NCBI GenBank assembly: GCA_965218795.1
Contig: OZ244653.1
Span: 608,001-672,000, forward strand
DNA from: a bacterium
Lineage (GTDB): Bacteria; UBA8248; JACPRG01; G963555815
Direction: 5' to 3'
DNA: 64,000 bases
The notes under the pieces are model-generated. The model made no database searches. It was not told the origin of the DNA and saw nothing but the letters and a program-made list of their open reading frames with translations. Of this stretch, positions 49,198-58,450 are shown in pieces (positions within the stretch are counted from its first letter, which is position 1; each line of letters opens with the position of its first letter). Position numbers and translations under genes: made by a program.

Positions 49198-50310
49198 ATG
49201 GTCAGCGATCTGGGCGATATCCAGGACTGTATATCCAATCCGCTTCAAAAAGAGGTGGAGTCCATCTCGTATTTTGTCGGAATTGTGGGCGATCGCCCGT
49301 CTCAATACGCCAAAAGCCCGACGATTTGGAACCCGACCCTGAAAAAGTTCGAGTTCGACGCTTTCTACGTCGCCTTCGATGTGGAAGAGGCCAAGCTCTC
49401 GGATCTCCTGCGGGTCTTGAAAGCCCACCCCCAGCTCCTTGGTTTCAACGTGACCGTCCCCTATAAAGTGAAAATTCTTCCCCTGCTGGACGAACTGGAA
49501 CCCAAGGCGGAGCGGATTGGGGCCGTGAACACAGTGATGAGGGAGCCCGATGGCCGCCTCGTGGGCTACAACACCGATGGGCAGGGCGGAATCGACAGCC
49601 TGACCCAGGTTCAGCCCGGGGAAAGCGGGGTGTTCATCTCTGGATTAAAAGGCGTAAAGACATTGTTGATCGGCGCCGGCGGCGCGGCGGCCGCACTGGC
49701 CCATTACATCAATGAATCGAGTGAGGGCGCTCCGTTGAAGATCGCCAATCGAACGAAGGAGACCGCCGAAGCCCTGGCCGATTCAGTCAACGGCGCGGGA
49801 GGGGCGGCTACCGTGGTCTCCGAGTCGGAGATCGAGAACGTTGCTCCGGACGTGGACCTGATCGTCAACGCGACAGTCAAAGGGCAGAGCGGGATCCGCC
49901 AGCTTTCAGGAGGGGTGGCGACTTGCATGGAGCCTTATTCGTCTTTGGCCGGGGCGAACCCCGCACCCGTTCCCGAGCCTAGATCGGACGGCGAGGATCG
50001 GTTTTACGCGGCATGGTGGAAGAACTCGGTTGGGGACGTGGTCGAGAATCAGAGAACTTCCTCCGAACTTGCCTCAAGGATTCCCACCGAAGTACGCTTC
50101 TATGATGCGATTTATTCCCCGCAGGAGACCGTTTTTCTGCGCCATGGCCGGCTCAGCGGGCACCGGACCCTAAACGGCAAGGGGATGAACGTCTGCCAGG
50201 CGGCCGACGGTTTCTTCAACCGAATCATGGCCCGGTATCTTGAAGAGCAAAACCTGAAGAATCAGGAAATCTATACGGCAATTCGGGACTTTATGTATCA
50301 AGTGTGGTAG
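49198..50310 (+). CDS. Shikimate/quinate dehydrogenase-like protein
   Basis: KSP, GFNVTVPYK, GAVNT, YNTDG, GAGGAA, ANRT, DAIYSP. Confidence 0.88.
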   Translation: MVSDLGDIQDCISNPLQKEVESISYFVGIVGDRPSQYAKSPTIWNPTLKKFEFDAFYVAFDVEEAKLSDLLRVLKAHPQLLGFNVTVPYKVKILPLLDELEPKAERIGAVNTVMREPDGRLVGYNTDGQGGIDSLTQVQPGESGVFISGLKGVKTLLIGAGGAAAALAHYINESSEGAPLKIANRTKETAEALADSVNGAGGAATVVSESEIENVAPDVDLIVNATVKGQSGIRQLSGGVATCMEPYSSLAGANPAPVPEPRSDGEDRFYAAWWKNSVGDVVENQRTSSELASRIPTEVRFYDAIYSPQETVFLRHGRLSGHRTLNGKGMNVCQAADGFFNRIMARYLEEQNLKNQEIYTAIRDFMYQVW

Positions 50311-50399
50311 CCGGGGTCTCTACCCCCCCTTGTCAAGCTTCAATTGAGACGTGATTCCGGACCAACATGTCTTTGGAGTGGGGGTCCAGAGAAATCTGC

Positions 50400-50600
50400 C
50401 TCCTCAGTGAGTCCACTTCATATTGCCGCGTCCTGGGAGCACACGAACCGGTTGGAAGCGGATTCGGCCTGTTATCTGCGAGACCAAATCGAATATGCAC
50501 TGGCCATGGGTGTTTTCGGTCGACTTCTGGCAGGACCTTCGTCCAGAGAAAGCTGAAGCGACTGTTCGCCTACCGGCAAAACATTTCTGATCGGGAACTT
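50400..50600 (+). pseudogene. SRPBCC-domain remnant upstream of TIGR01777
   Basis: SWEHTNRL..LRDQIEYALAMG..GRLLAGP, then frameshifted FVQRKLKRLFAYRQ in frame with the downstream gene. Confidence 0.65.
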
Positions 50601-50630
50601 GCGGAACGGCCGGATAGGAGAAACAAGGTC

Positions 50631-51533
50631 ATGAAGGTGCTGGTCACAGGGTCGACGGGACTCGTCGGTTCGACGCTGATTCCATTTCTGGCGACAGAAG
50701 GTCATACGATGACGCGGCTGGTCCGGTCCCGGCCTTCCAGCCCGAATCAGGAAGCAGGCTGGGATCCGGAGAGAGGAGATCTGGATCCCGCCGGACTGGA
50801 GGGACACGATGCCGTTGTTCATCTGGCCGGAGAGAACATCGCGGCTGGGCGGTGGACCCCGGAACGAAAAGAGAAAATTCGTGCGAGCCGGGTCAACGGA
50901 ACACGTCTTCTCTGCGAGGCCCTTGCCGGACTCGACGATCCCCCGAAAGTTTTGGTCTCGGCATCCGCTATCGGATACTACGGTGAGCGAGGCAATGAGG
51001 CGGTGACCGAGGAGAGTACAGCGGGGTCGGGCTTTCTACCGGAAGTCTGTAAAGCATGGGAAGAGGCTGCGCAACCCGCGGCCAATGCTGGGATTCGGGT
51101 GGTCCACGTCAGAATCGGAATCGTCATGAGTCCGGCAGGCGGTGCGCTTGCAAAGATGTTAACTCCATTCAGGATGGGGTTAGGCGGAAAGATTGGAAGC
51201 GGAAAGCAGTATATGAGCTGGATTTCAATCGATGACCTGATTGGTGTCATACATCACGCGATCACATCGGGAGCTCTGATAGGGCCGGTCAACGCAGTAG
51301 CCCCCACACCGGTCAGAAACTCGGAATTCACCCGGATCCTCGGTCGGGTTCTGGGCCGCCCGGCTTTGATCCCGCTCCCGGCATTTGCGGCCAAGATGAT
51401 GTTGGGTGAAATGGCGGACGAGTTGCTTCTGGCCAGCACCCGTGTGGAACCCGGACGGCTGAAAAGCACGGGGTACACATTTCATCATTCCCGCTTGGAA
51501 GAGGCGTTGCGGCATGTCTTGGGTAAGATTTGA
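50631..51533 (+). CDS. TIGR01777 family (YfcH-like) NAD-dependent oxidoreductase
   Basis: VTGSTGLVG, HLAGENI..RWT, SASAIGYYG, FLPEVC.AWE; AGGAG RBS. Confidence 0.92.
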   Translation: MKVLVTGSTGLVGSTLIPFLATEGHTMTRLVRSRPSSPNQEAGWDPERGDLDPAGLEGHDAVVHLAGENIAAGRWTPERKEKIRASRVNGTRLLCEALAGLDDPPKVLVSASAIGYYGERGNEAVTEESTAGSGFLPEVCKAWEEAAQPAANAGIRVVHVRIGIVMSPAGGALAKMLTPFRMGLGGKIGSGKQYMSWISIDDLIGVIHHAITSGALIGPVNAVAPTPVRNSEFTRILGRVLGRPALIPLPAFAAKMMLGEMADELLLASTRVEPGRLKSTGYTFHHSRLEEALRHVLGKI

Positions 51534-51582
51534 TAGGTTTTTCCAACCAACTCATTTCAATATGTGATGATAGGGTGATGCA

Positions 51583-52053
51583 TTGAATGCCTCGACTCGA
51601 TTGATCATCGGTGTCATAGGAGCCAACCAGCCCTCAAATGAAACCTACAGGCTCGCCCAGGAGGTTGGACGCAAGATTGCGGAGCGGGGGGGGACGGTGG
51701 TTTGCGGCGGCCTTGGCGGCGTTATGGAGGCTGCCTGCAAAGGCGCCAAGGAGGCCGGTGGGTTGACCATCGGCATTCTGCCCGGCGAGGAGGCGAAGAC
51801 CGCGAATCCGTATGTGGATATCCCAATCGTTACAGGGATTGGATATGCGCGAAACATCATTCTCGTTCGCACCGCGGAGTCAATCATCGCGATGGATGGG
51901 AGTTACGGGACCCTCTCGGAAATCGCGCACGCGCTTCAGATGGGAAAGCCGGTAATTGGCGTTCGATCTCGAATTGCACCCGCAGATGTGCCGCAGGTGG
52001 GCGATCCGGAGGAGGCTGTCGAACGGGCGTTCGCCGTCTGTGCCGGCCGTTGA
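51583..52053 (+). CDS. TIGR00725 family LOG/DprA-like Rossmann protein
   Basis: CGGLGGVMEAA.KGA, GILPG, ARN, GTLSEIA. Confidence 0.88.
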   Translation: MNASTRLIIGVIGANQPSNETYRLAQEVGRKIAERGGTVVCGGLGGVMEAACKGAKEAGGLTIGILPGEEAKTANPYVDIPIVTGIGYARNIILVRTAESIIAMDGSYGTLSEIAHALQMGKPVIGVRSRIAPADVPQVGDPEEAVERAFAVCAGR

Positions 52054-52101
52054 GCCGAACGGGTCCAAAAAGGCGGTGAAAGGATGCGGGCAAGATCGTC
52101 G

Positions 52102-52917
52102 ATGAAGACAGTCGTTCGATCGCCCTGGGTCGGTTGTGCCCTCCTGTTGCTCCTGGGGGGATGCTCGGTTGCCGGCGTTTTCCGAAAGCCGGGCGCCTAT
52201 CACACGATTCAGCCTGGAGAGACCCTGTATCGGATTGCCCGAACCTACCGGGTGGACCTCGATGAACTGGTCAAGGTCAACCACATCGCGGATTCCCGCC
52301 GTATCGATGTGGGGACGCGGCTATTTATCCCCCGCGCCGTCCGGGTCTTGAAGGTGCCGCCTCGGAGGAAGCCGCCTCGGAGAGAGCGGACCGATCAGGT
52401 GTCGAGGAAGACACCCACGTGGCCGGGACGGCGCAATGTCGAGCGGGAGTCCTCCAGGCGATCGTCTTCCGGATCGAGAGTGCCGTCGACCGCTCTCCGG
52501 ACGGCGAAGCCGCCGAAGCAGGTGGCCAGAGTCACGTTGCCGGCCGAGGTGGATTTTATCTGGCCCGTAAAGGGAAAGATCAGCTCCTTTTACGGAAAAA
52601 GAGGGAAACGAAGGTATCAGGGGATCGATATCGTCGCCGCGACCGGTACGCCCGTGCGTGCGGCTGAAGACGGTTACGTCATTTTCAGCGGCAAGGGGCC
52701 GGGTGGGTACGGTCTTATGGTTATCCTTCGACACCCGAAGGGGTTCCATTCGATTTACGCCCACAATTCGAAAAACATCGTGAAAAAGGGGAGCAAAGTC
52801 AGGCAGGGAGAGGTGATTGCGCTGGTCGGCGAGACTGGTAGAATCGACGGGCCTCACCTTCATTTCGAGATTCGAAATCGGACCAAGCCGAAGGATCCGC
52901 TGTTCTATTTGCCCTGA
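52102..52917 (+). CDS. LysM/M23 lipoprotein (NlpD-like)
   Basis: Lipobox LGGC, LysM domain, WPVKG, QGIDI, YAHN, HLHFEIR. Confidence 0.88.
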   Translation: MKTVVRSPWVGCALLLLLGGCSVAGVFRKPGAYHTIQPGETLYRIARTYRVDLDELVKVNHIADSRRIDVGTRLFIPRAVRVLKVPPRRKPPRRERTDQVSRKTPTWPGRRNVERESSRRSSSGSRVPSTALRTAKPPKQVARVTLPAEVDFIWPVKGKISSFYGKRGKRRYQGIDIVAATGTPVRAAEDGYVIFSGKGPGGYGLMVILRHPKGFHSIYAHNSKNIVKKGSKVRQGEVIALVGETGRIDGPHLHFEIRNRTKPKDPLFYLP

Positions 52918-52953
52918 GGATTTGGTTGTTCGCACCCGGATGGAGGAAATGGA

Positions 52954-53478
52954 ATGCTCAGTGTCGACGATTTGAAGGTGATGATTCGGGATATCCCGGA
53001 TTTTCCAAAGAAGGGCGTCATCTTCAAAGACATCACAACGCTGCTGTCGAACGCGAAGGCCTTCACTACTTCAATCGATCTGATTGGCGATCGATACATT
53101 GACAAGGGGGTGGACCTGGTGGTCGGCGCCGAGGCCCGCGGATTCGTATTTGGCGCGGCCCTGGCATACAAGTTAAACGCCGGGGTCATCATGATCCGAA
53201 AAACCGGTAAGCTCCCCTACAGGACGGTCAAGACACTCTACGAACTCGAATACGGGACCGACGAACTCGAGATCCATGAAGACGCCATCTCCGAAGGAAA
53301 TCGCGTTTTGATTGTAGATGACTTGCTGGCGACAGGTGGTACGGCTTCGGCCTCGGCGGAACTGGTACAAAAACTGAAGGGGGAAGTCGTGGGGTTTGCT
53401 TTTCTGGTTGAGCTTTCTTTCCTGAAAGGAAGGGACCGCCTCAAGGAGCACGAAGTCTTCTCCTTGATTCAATTCTAA
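52954..53478 (+). CDS. apt: Adenine phosphoribosyltransferase
   Basis: IPDFPKKGVIFKDITT, EARGF, LEYGT, VDDLLATGGT. Confidence 0.97.
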   Translation: MLSVDDLKVMIRDIPDFPKKGVIFKDITTLLSNAKAFTTSIDLIGDRYIDKGVDLVVGAEARGFVFGAALAYKLNAGVIMIRKTGKLPYRTVKTLYELEYGTDELEIHEDAISEGNRVLIVDDLLATGGTASASAELVQKLKGEVVGFAFLVELSFLKGRDRLKEHEVFSLIQF

Positions 53479-54153
53479 GCCGGGGGACCGCTTTATCTTC
53501 CTGGAACCCCGGCCCTGGCGGAGACGGTCAAAGCCTCTGAATCAAGGGCTTCCGCTATCTTTGCAGTGTGCGCCGGCGACCCTCTGACCGTCATCTTCGT
53601 TGGTCAGGGGCTCATCACAGACCTCGCATATGGGCTGCATCGGTGAGAAGCCTCTGAGTTTCATGAATTCTTACCCTCCGAGATAGTCCAACCAATCGAT
53701 GACTTCTTGAGTGATCCAAGGTCCGGAGACCTCCAGGTCTTCCATTTTTTCCTTCAGGTTTCGGGTTTCCCAGAGTGAAATATTCGTTTTCGAGCCGAAT
53801 CGCCCGAGGAAATTCGAGCTGAACATCGAAATCGGAAGGGGAAAGATGGCAAATCCGGTGCCAGTACGAGCCGCTATGGCGGCGCATCGCAGACAGGTGT
53901 GGGGAAGAACATGTGAATAGGGAATGATTGAACTCAAAGAAGGAGAAGTGCCCCCGGCCGGCGGGGTCGACCGGCCGGAAGTGGGAGGATATGAGCTTTG
54001 GTTGTGTTCTGGAGTCGCCACCAATGCACCAATGATCGTATCGGAAGAATCTTGAGAGATTTAAGAGCGGGAAAGGAATTTTTGATTTTACTCGTCATGC
54101 AAAGACCGGCTGTCAAAGCACAAGGGTTCGTCCGAATGCCCATTTTACAGTCT

Positions 54154-54182
54154 TTGACATGGATTCCGAGGTTCCCTAAAAT
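54154..54182 (+). promoter_or_regulatory. Sigma70-type promoter for the ABM-CBS operon
   Basis: TTGACA-N17-TAAAAT. Confidence 0.65.
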
Positions 54183-54324
54183 CAAGCATCGGATTGAGTT
54201 CCATCAGTCTGTTTCTCCGAATTCATCCCAACTTTGAATTTGACGGAACCAGGTCGTCGTTAGTTGCCGCGTACAGCCATTCAAAGCTGGCCCGGCCCGA
54301 ATGGAAGGAGAAATTGGACTTCGA

Positions 54325-54630
54325 ATGATTGTGGTTGCAAACCGGCTTCAAGTTGCCACGGGCTTTGAGGAGGAGTTTGAGAAGCGGTTTCAGGACCGTG
54401 TGGGCATGGTGGAAGACGCCCCCGGCTTTATCCGCAACGAGGTGCTCCGCCCGCTGAAGTCGGATTGCTACGTCGTCAAGACATACTGGTCGGACAGGGC
54501 TTCCTTTGAAGCGTGGACCCAAAGCGATTCTTTCAAAAGGGCGCATGCCGCATATCCTCCGAAGGAGATTTTCTCTGGGCCCAACACTCTTGAGATTCAT
54601 GAAGTGATTCAAACAACGGGCCTGCAATGA
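54325..54630 (+). CDS. IsdG/HmoA-like heme-degrading monooxygenase (ABM family)
   Basis: VANR, FEKRF, PGF, FEAWTQSDSFKRAH with the Asn/Trp/His triad. Confidence 0.82.
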   Translation: MIVVANRLQVATGFEEEFEKRFQDRVGMVEDAPGFIRNEVLRPLKSDCYVVKTYWSDRASFEAWTQSDSFKRAHAAYPPKEIFSGPNTLEIHEVIQTTGLQ

Positions 54631-55076
54631 TCGCCAAACGAACAACATCCCAAAAAGGTCGCAACGTTCACGACTATATGAGTGAAAATGTCGTTTCCAT
54701 TCCGTTGGGAGAGACCATCAAACTGGCCGAAGACATCATGTCGCTTGGGCACATCCGGCATTTGCCGGTGGTCGAAGCCGGGCTGCTCGTCGGGGTGGTC
54801 AGTCAGCGGGACTTGCTCAGATCATCGCTGACGAGCCTACTCGAACACTCCGAATCCGATCGCGAACTCTTCCTCGAGTCGATTCGGGTCTTGGAGATCA
54901 TGACCCCGCTCGTGCGAACCATCACGCCGGAGGCGCCTATTTCGGACGCGGCCCGGTTGATGCTCGAACACAAGATCGGGTGCCTGCCCGTTGTCTCCGA
55001 AGAGCGGGATCGCGAAATCGTAGGTCTCATCACCGAAGCTGATATCCTCAGGGCGTTTCTTGACAAGGTGGAGTGA
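54627..55076 (+). CDS. CBS domain pair protein
   Basis: IRHLPVV..LVGVVSQRDL; IGCLPVV..VGLITEADI; ATGA overlap with the ABM gene. Confidence 0.9.
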   Translation: MIAKRTTSQKGRNVHDYMSENVVSIPLGETIKLAEDIMSLGHIRHLPVVEAGLLVGVVSQRDLLRSSLTSLLEHSESDRELFLESIRVLEIMTPLVRTITPEAPISDAARLMLEHKIGCLPVVSEERDREIVGLITEADILRAFLDKVE

Positions 55077-55156
55077 CGGCATCGTTTTTTGGAAATCCCC
55101 CCGATCGATAAATCCCGTTTTCTTCCATTTGGCCAACTTCCCAGCAGGATTTCCTG

Positions 55157-55627
55157 ATGAGCAGACAGCTGGAAAATCGGATTCCGGACGATTTTCGCAG
55201 AAAATTGTGTGCCGAAGACTTGACCGGCCTGGAAGGTCGGGCGCTTCTGCTTCTGACGATAGACGAGGCGGGGTTCCCGCATTCCGCCATGTTGTCCTAT
55301 CGGGAGATGGCGGCTCCGGACCCAGGGCGGATTCGATTTGCCATATGGAAAGGGACGACAACGAGCCGGAACATCCGTCGCGAGCCACGCGTGTCGCTGA
55401 TCGCCGTGGATGAAGAAATGAGCTACTATCTCAAGGGGCGGACCCGTATCTTCTTGAAGGATTCAGAAACCTTCGCCGGGTGCTCCGTCTATGAATTTAC
55501 AGTGGAGACGGTTCTGGAAGATAGGGAGCCTCAGCTCCCGATCACAGGGGGTATCGAGTATCGGAACCCCCAGGGTGCCGAGCCGGTGGAAACCAGAAAA
55601 GAGCGCCTGACGGAGCTGATGGGTTGA
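55157..55627 (+). CDS. Pyridoxamine 5'-phosphate oxidase-like split-barrel protein
   Basis: [29 protein letters not shown]. Confidence 0.78.
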   Translation: MSRQLENRIPDDFRRKLCAEDLTGLEGRALLLLTIDEAGFPHSAMLSYREMAAPDPGRIRFAIWKGTTTSRNIRREPRVSLIAVDEEMSYYLKGRTRIFLKDSETFAGCSVYEFTVETVLEDREPQLPITGGIEYRNPQGAEPVETRKERLTELMG

Positions 55628-55670
55628 AATCAGAGTGCAAACCGTTTCAATTCTTGCAGGGGGACAAACG

Positions 55671-55832
55671 ATGAAATATCAGTGTGGCGTTTGTGGATAC
55701 ATTTATGACGCGGCGGAAGGAGACCCGGACGGGGGTATCGCAGCGGGGACGCCGTTTGAAGACATTCCCGACGATTGGGTTTGTCCGGTCTGCGGCGCAA
55801 CGAAAGCCGATTTCTCACCCTCGGATGGATAA
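55671..55832 (+). CDS. Rubredoxin
   Basis: [35 protein letters not shown]. Confidence 0.96.
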   Translation: MKYQCGVCGYIYDAAEGDPDGGIAAGTPFEDIPDDWVCPVCGATKADFSPSDG

Positions 55833-55904
55833 CGCCGGGGATTTCCCCCGCGGAACCTTCCGCTGTTTTTAAAGTGAACCTAAAGGATTGCAGTTGGAGA
55901 CGAC

Positions 55905-56861
55905 ATGAGCGAGTCATACCTTGCGCTGAGGGAGCGGCTGGAATCCCGTAACCGGGGATTGAGAGACAAGGTCATGAGCCTGTCCGAGGCCGTCGGTCTG
56001 GTGAAAAACGGCGATCAGGTGGCTCTGGGCGGCAATACCTTTTCCAGAACCCCGTTTGCCCTGGTATGGGAGACGGTCCGTCAGAAAAGGAAGGATCTGC
56101 AAATCGTGAGGAATATTACTTCCTCCGAGGGCGATATGCTTCTTGCGGGCGGATGTACCAATCATTACATGACCAGCTGGTTCAGCCAGGGGATCATTTG
56201 GGGCGTCTCGCGGGTCATGAGGCATTTCACCGAGTCGGGGGCGGTCCGTTACGACGAATGGAGCCACATGAGCATCGGCATGATGTTCCGGGCTGGCGCG
56301 CTCGGTCTCCCCTTCATGCCCACTCGCGTCATGATGGGCTCGGACATGGCCCGGTTACTGGAGAATGAAATCAAGGAGATGGCCTGCCCGTTTACGGGAG
56401 ACAAGCTGGCGTTGCTTCCCGCTCTGAATCCCGATGTGGCGTTCATCCACGTCCAAAGGGCGGACCCTTACGGCAACGCCCAGTACGACGGACTGCCGTT
56501 CATGGATGCCGACGTCGCCATGGCGGCCGATAAGGTCATCCTCACGACCGAGCAGATCATCAGCAATGATCAAATCCGCCGTGCCCCCGACCAGACCAAG
56601 ATTCCATTTTTCTGCGTAGAGGCCGTTGTCGAGGTGCCGTACGGAAGCGTGCCCCACGAATGTTCCGGGATGTATGAGCCGTTTTACGGGCACATGGATC
56701 AATACGCCAAATTGACCCGCGAGAAAGGGATTGACGGGGCCATGGAATACCTGGGGAAGTACGTCCATGCGCCTGACTCCTGGGACGATTATCTCAACCT
56801 GATTGGCGTCCATGGCCTGATGAAGGCCACCAAGGCTGGAAGGAGGATGTACAGTGACTGA
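55905..56861 (+). CDS. CoA-transferase subunit A (GctA-like)
   Basis: KVMSLSEAV, AGALGLPFMP, GSD, CPFTG, HVQRAD.YGN. Confidence 0.9.
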   Translation: MSESYLALRERLESRNRGLRDKVMSLSEAVGLVKNGDQVALGGNTFSRTPFALVWETVRQKRKDLQIVRNITSSEGDMLLAGGCTNHYMTSWFSQGIIWGVSRVMRHFTESGAVRYDEWSHMSIGMMFRAGALGLPFMPTRVMMGSDMARLLENEIKEMACPFTGDKLALLPALNPDVAFIHVQRADPYGNAQYDGLPFMDADVAMAADKVILTTEQIISNDQIRRAPDQTKIPFFCVEAVVEVPYGSVPHECSGMYEPFYGHMDQYAKLTREKGIDGAMEYLGKYVHAPDSWDDYLNLIGVHGLMKATKAGRRMYSD

Positions 56862-57630
56862 ACCGGCGACGGGAACCGATTACTCGACGGCCGAACTTCT
56901 CTCCGTGATGAGTTCCCGGATTCTGGAAGACGGGAAAGTGCTCTTCGCGGGAGTCGGCATCCCTTTGTTGGCCGCCACGGTGGCCCAGAGCATGCACGCC
57001 CCTCACCTGACCATCCTGTTCGAAGGCGGAGTGATCGGTCCCTTTATTGAACCCGGCAAGCTTCCTCCATCGACCAATGAGGCGCGGACCGCCCGGAGGG
57101 CGAACATGGTCCCGTCCCCGACCGACGTGCTCGCCCTTCTTCAGCGCGGATACGTGGACTATGGCTTTATGGGGGGCGCACAGGTCGATCAGTACGGAAA
57201 CCTGAACAGCTCGTTTATCGGTGACCCGGCCAAGCCGAAAGTCCGCCTCCCCGGCAGCGGAGGAGGGAACGATATCGCCAGTCTGGCCAAGATGATTGTC
57301 GCCATGCCCCATGAGAAGAAGCGTTTTGTCGAGAAGGTGGATTTCGTGACCAGCCCGGGATATCTGGACGGAGGGACCACCCGATACGATTCCGGCCTCA
57401 TTACCGGAAGCATGCACAAGGTCATCACGAACCTGTGCATCATGGATTTCGATGAAGAAAGCAAGAGAATGCGTTTGGAGGCCCTTCATCCCGGAGTCAA
57501 GGTCGAGGACGTGTTGGAGAATACCGGGTTCGAACCTGTGATCCCGAAGAAGATTGAAACGACGGAACCTCCGACCGAGGAAGAATTGAACATTCTGAAC
57601 GAGCTGGATCCGGAACGAATGTATCTATAG
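56854..57630 (+). CDS. CoA-transferase subunit B (GctB-like)
   Basis: FAGVGIP, LFEGG (catalytic Glu), AQVDQYGNLNS, RLPGSGG, DFVTSPG. Confidence 0.9.
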   Translation: MTEPATGTDYSTAELLSVMSSRILEDGKVLFAGVGIPLLAATVAQSMHAPHLTILFEGGVIGPFIEPGKLPPSTNEARTARRANMVPSPTDVLALLQRGYVDYGFMGGAQVDQYGNLNSSFIGDPAKPKVRLPGSGGGNDIASLAKMIVAMPHEKKRFVEKVDFVTSPGYLDGGTTRYDSGLITGSMHKVITNLCIMDFDEESKRMRLEALHPGVKVEDVLENTGFEPVIPKKIETTEPPTEEELNILNELDPERMYL

Positions 57631-57667
57631 TAAAACATAAATGATATCTATTTAATTAATTGTTTTA

Positions 57668-58450
57668 TTGGAGATTTATGATTATCCTCACCTTGGACCT
57701 GTGAGTCAGGGCGCGCAGCCATTGAGCACCGATGATATCCGGCAGTTTTTGGCCGCTATCAGAGACGGCGGGCGGACGATGTTGAGCGAGTCGGAGGCGC
57801 TCAACGTACTGCAGCTCGCCGGCGTTCCCGTGGTGCGAATGGAGTCCGTCCCCGAACCGGATGGTGTAGCCCTAGCGGCGGATCGGGTCGGCTTCCCTGT
57901 CGTTCTGAAGATCTGCTCCCCCGATATACCCCACAAATCGGATGCAGGGGGTGTGGCCCCGGGCCTGAATACGGCCGAAGAGGTCGGTCGCGCCGCAAAG
58001 GAGATGCACGACCGTGTCCGAACGACGCATCCTGAAGCCAGGTTTCTGGGATTTGTTGTGCAGGCCATGGCGCAGGGGGTCGAGACCCTTGTGTCTGCCA
58101 CCATGGATCCCGTCTTCGGCCCCGTCTTGGCCTTCGGGTTGGGAGGAGTCTGGGTGGAAGTCCTCGAAGACGTCGCCTTTCGCTTGGTTCCTGTCGGTCC
58201 AGAGGATGTGGACGAGATGATGGCCGAGGTCAAAGGAAGAAAATTGCTGGAAGGCTATCGGGGAACTCCGGCGGTCCGCAAAGACGCCCTGAAAGATGTG
58301 CTTCTCTCGCTTTCCAATTTGCTCGGCAATCTCTCCGACGAAATCGCCGAAGTCGAAATCAATCCTTTGATGGCCGGCCCTGATGGAGTCGTCGCAGTCG
58401 ACGGATTGGTTCGTCTGCACGAGAACGAGTCAGAGAGGAGGCAGCCATGA
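57668..58450 (+). CDS. ADP-forming acyl-CoA synthetase beta (ATP-grasp) subunit
   Basis: GFPVVLKI.SPDIPHKSDAGGV, DPVFGP, EINPL, VDG; start codon uncertain. Confidence 0.88.
   Translation: MEIYDYPHLGPVSQGAQPLSTDDIRQFLAAIRDGGRTMLSESEALNVLQLAGVPVVRMESVPEPDGVALAADRVGFPVVLKICSPDIPHKSDAGGVAPGLNTAEEVGRAAKEMHDRVRTTHPEARFLGFVVQAMAQGVETLVSATMDPVFGPVLAFGLGGVWVEVLEDVAFRLVPVGPEDVDEMMAEVKGRKLLEGYRGTPAVRKDALKDVLLSLSNLLGNLSDEIAEVEINPLMAGPDGVVAVDGLVRLHENESERRQP

Noticed and set aside
53600-53622. Hammerhead-like CTGTGATGAG on the minus strand
   Set aside because: Does not match the CUGANGA...GAAA core.
56854-57630. CoA-transferase pair as an AibA/AibB-type decarboxylase
   Set aside because: The catalytic Glu (LFEGG) is retained, consistent with a true transferase.
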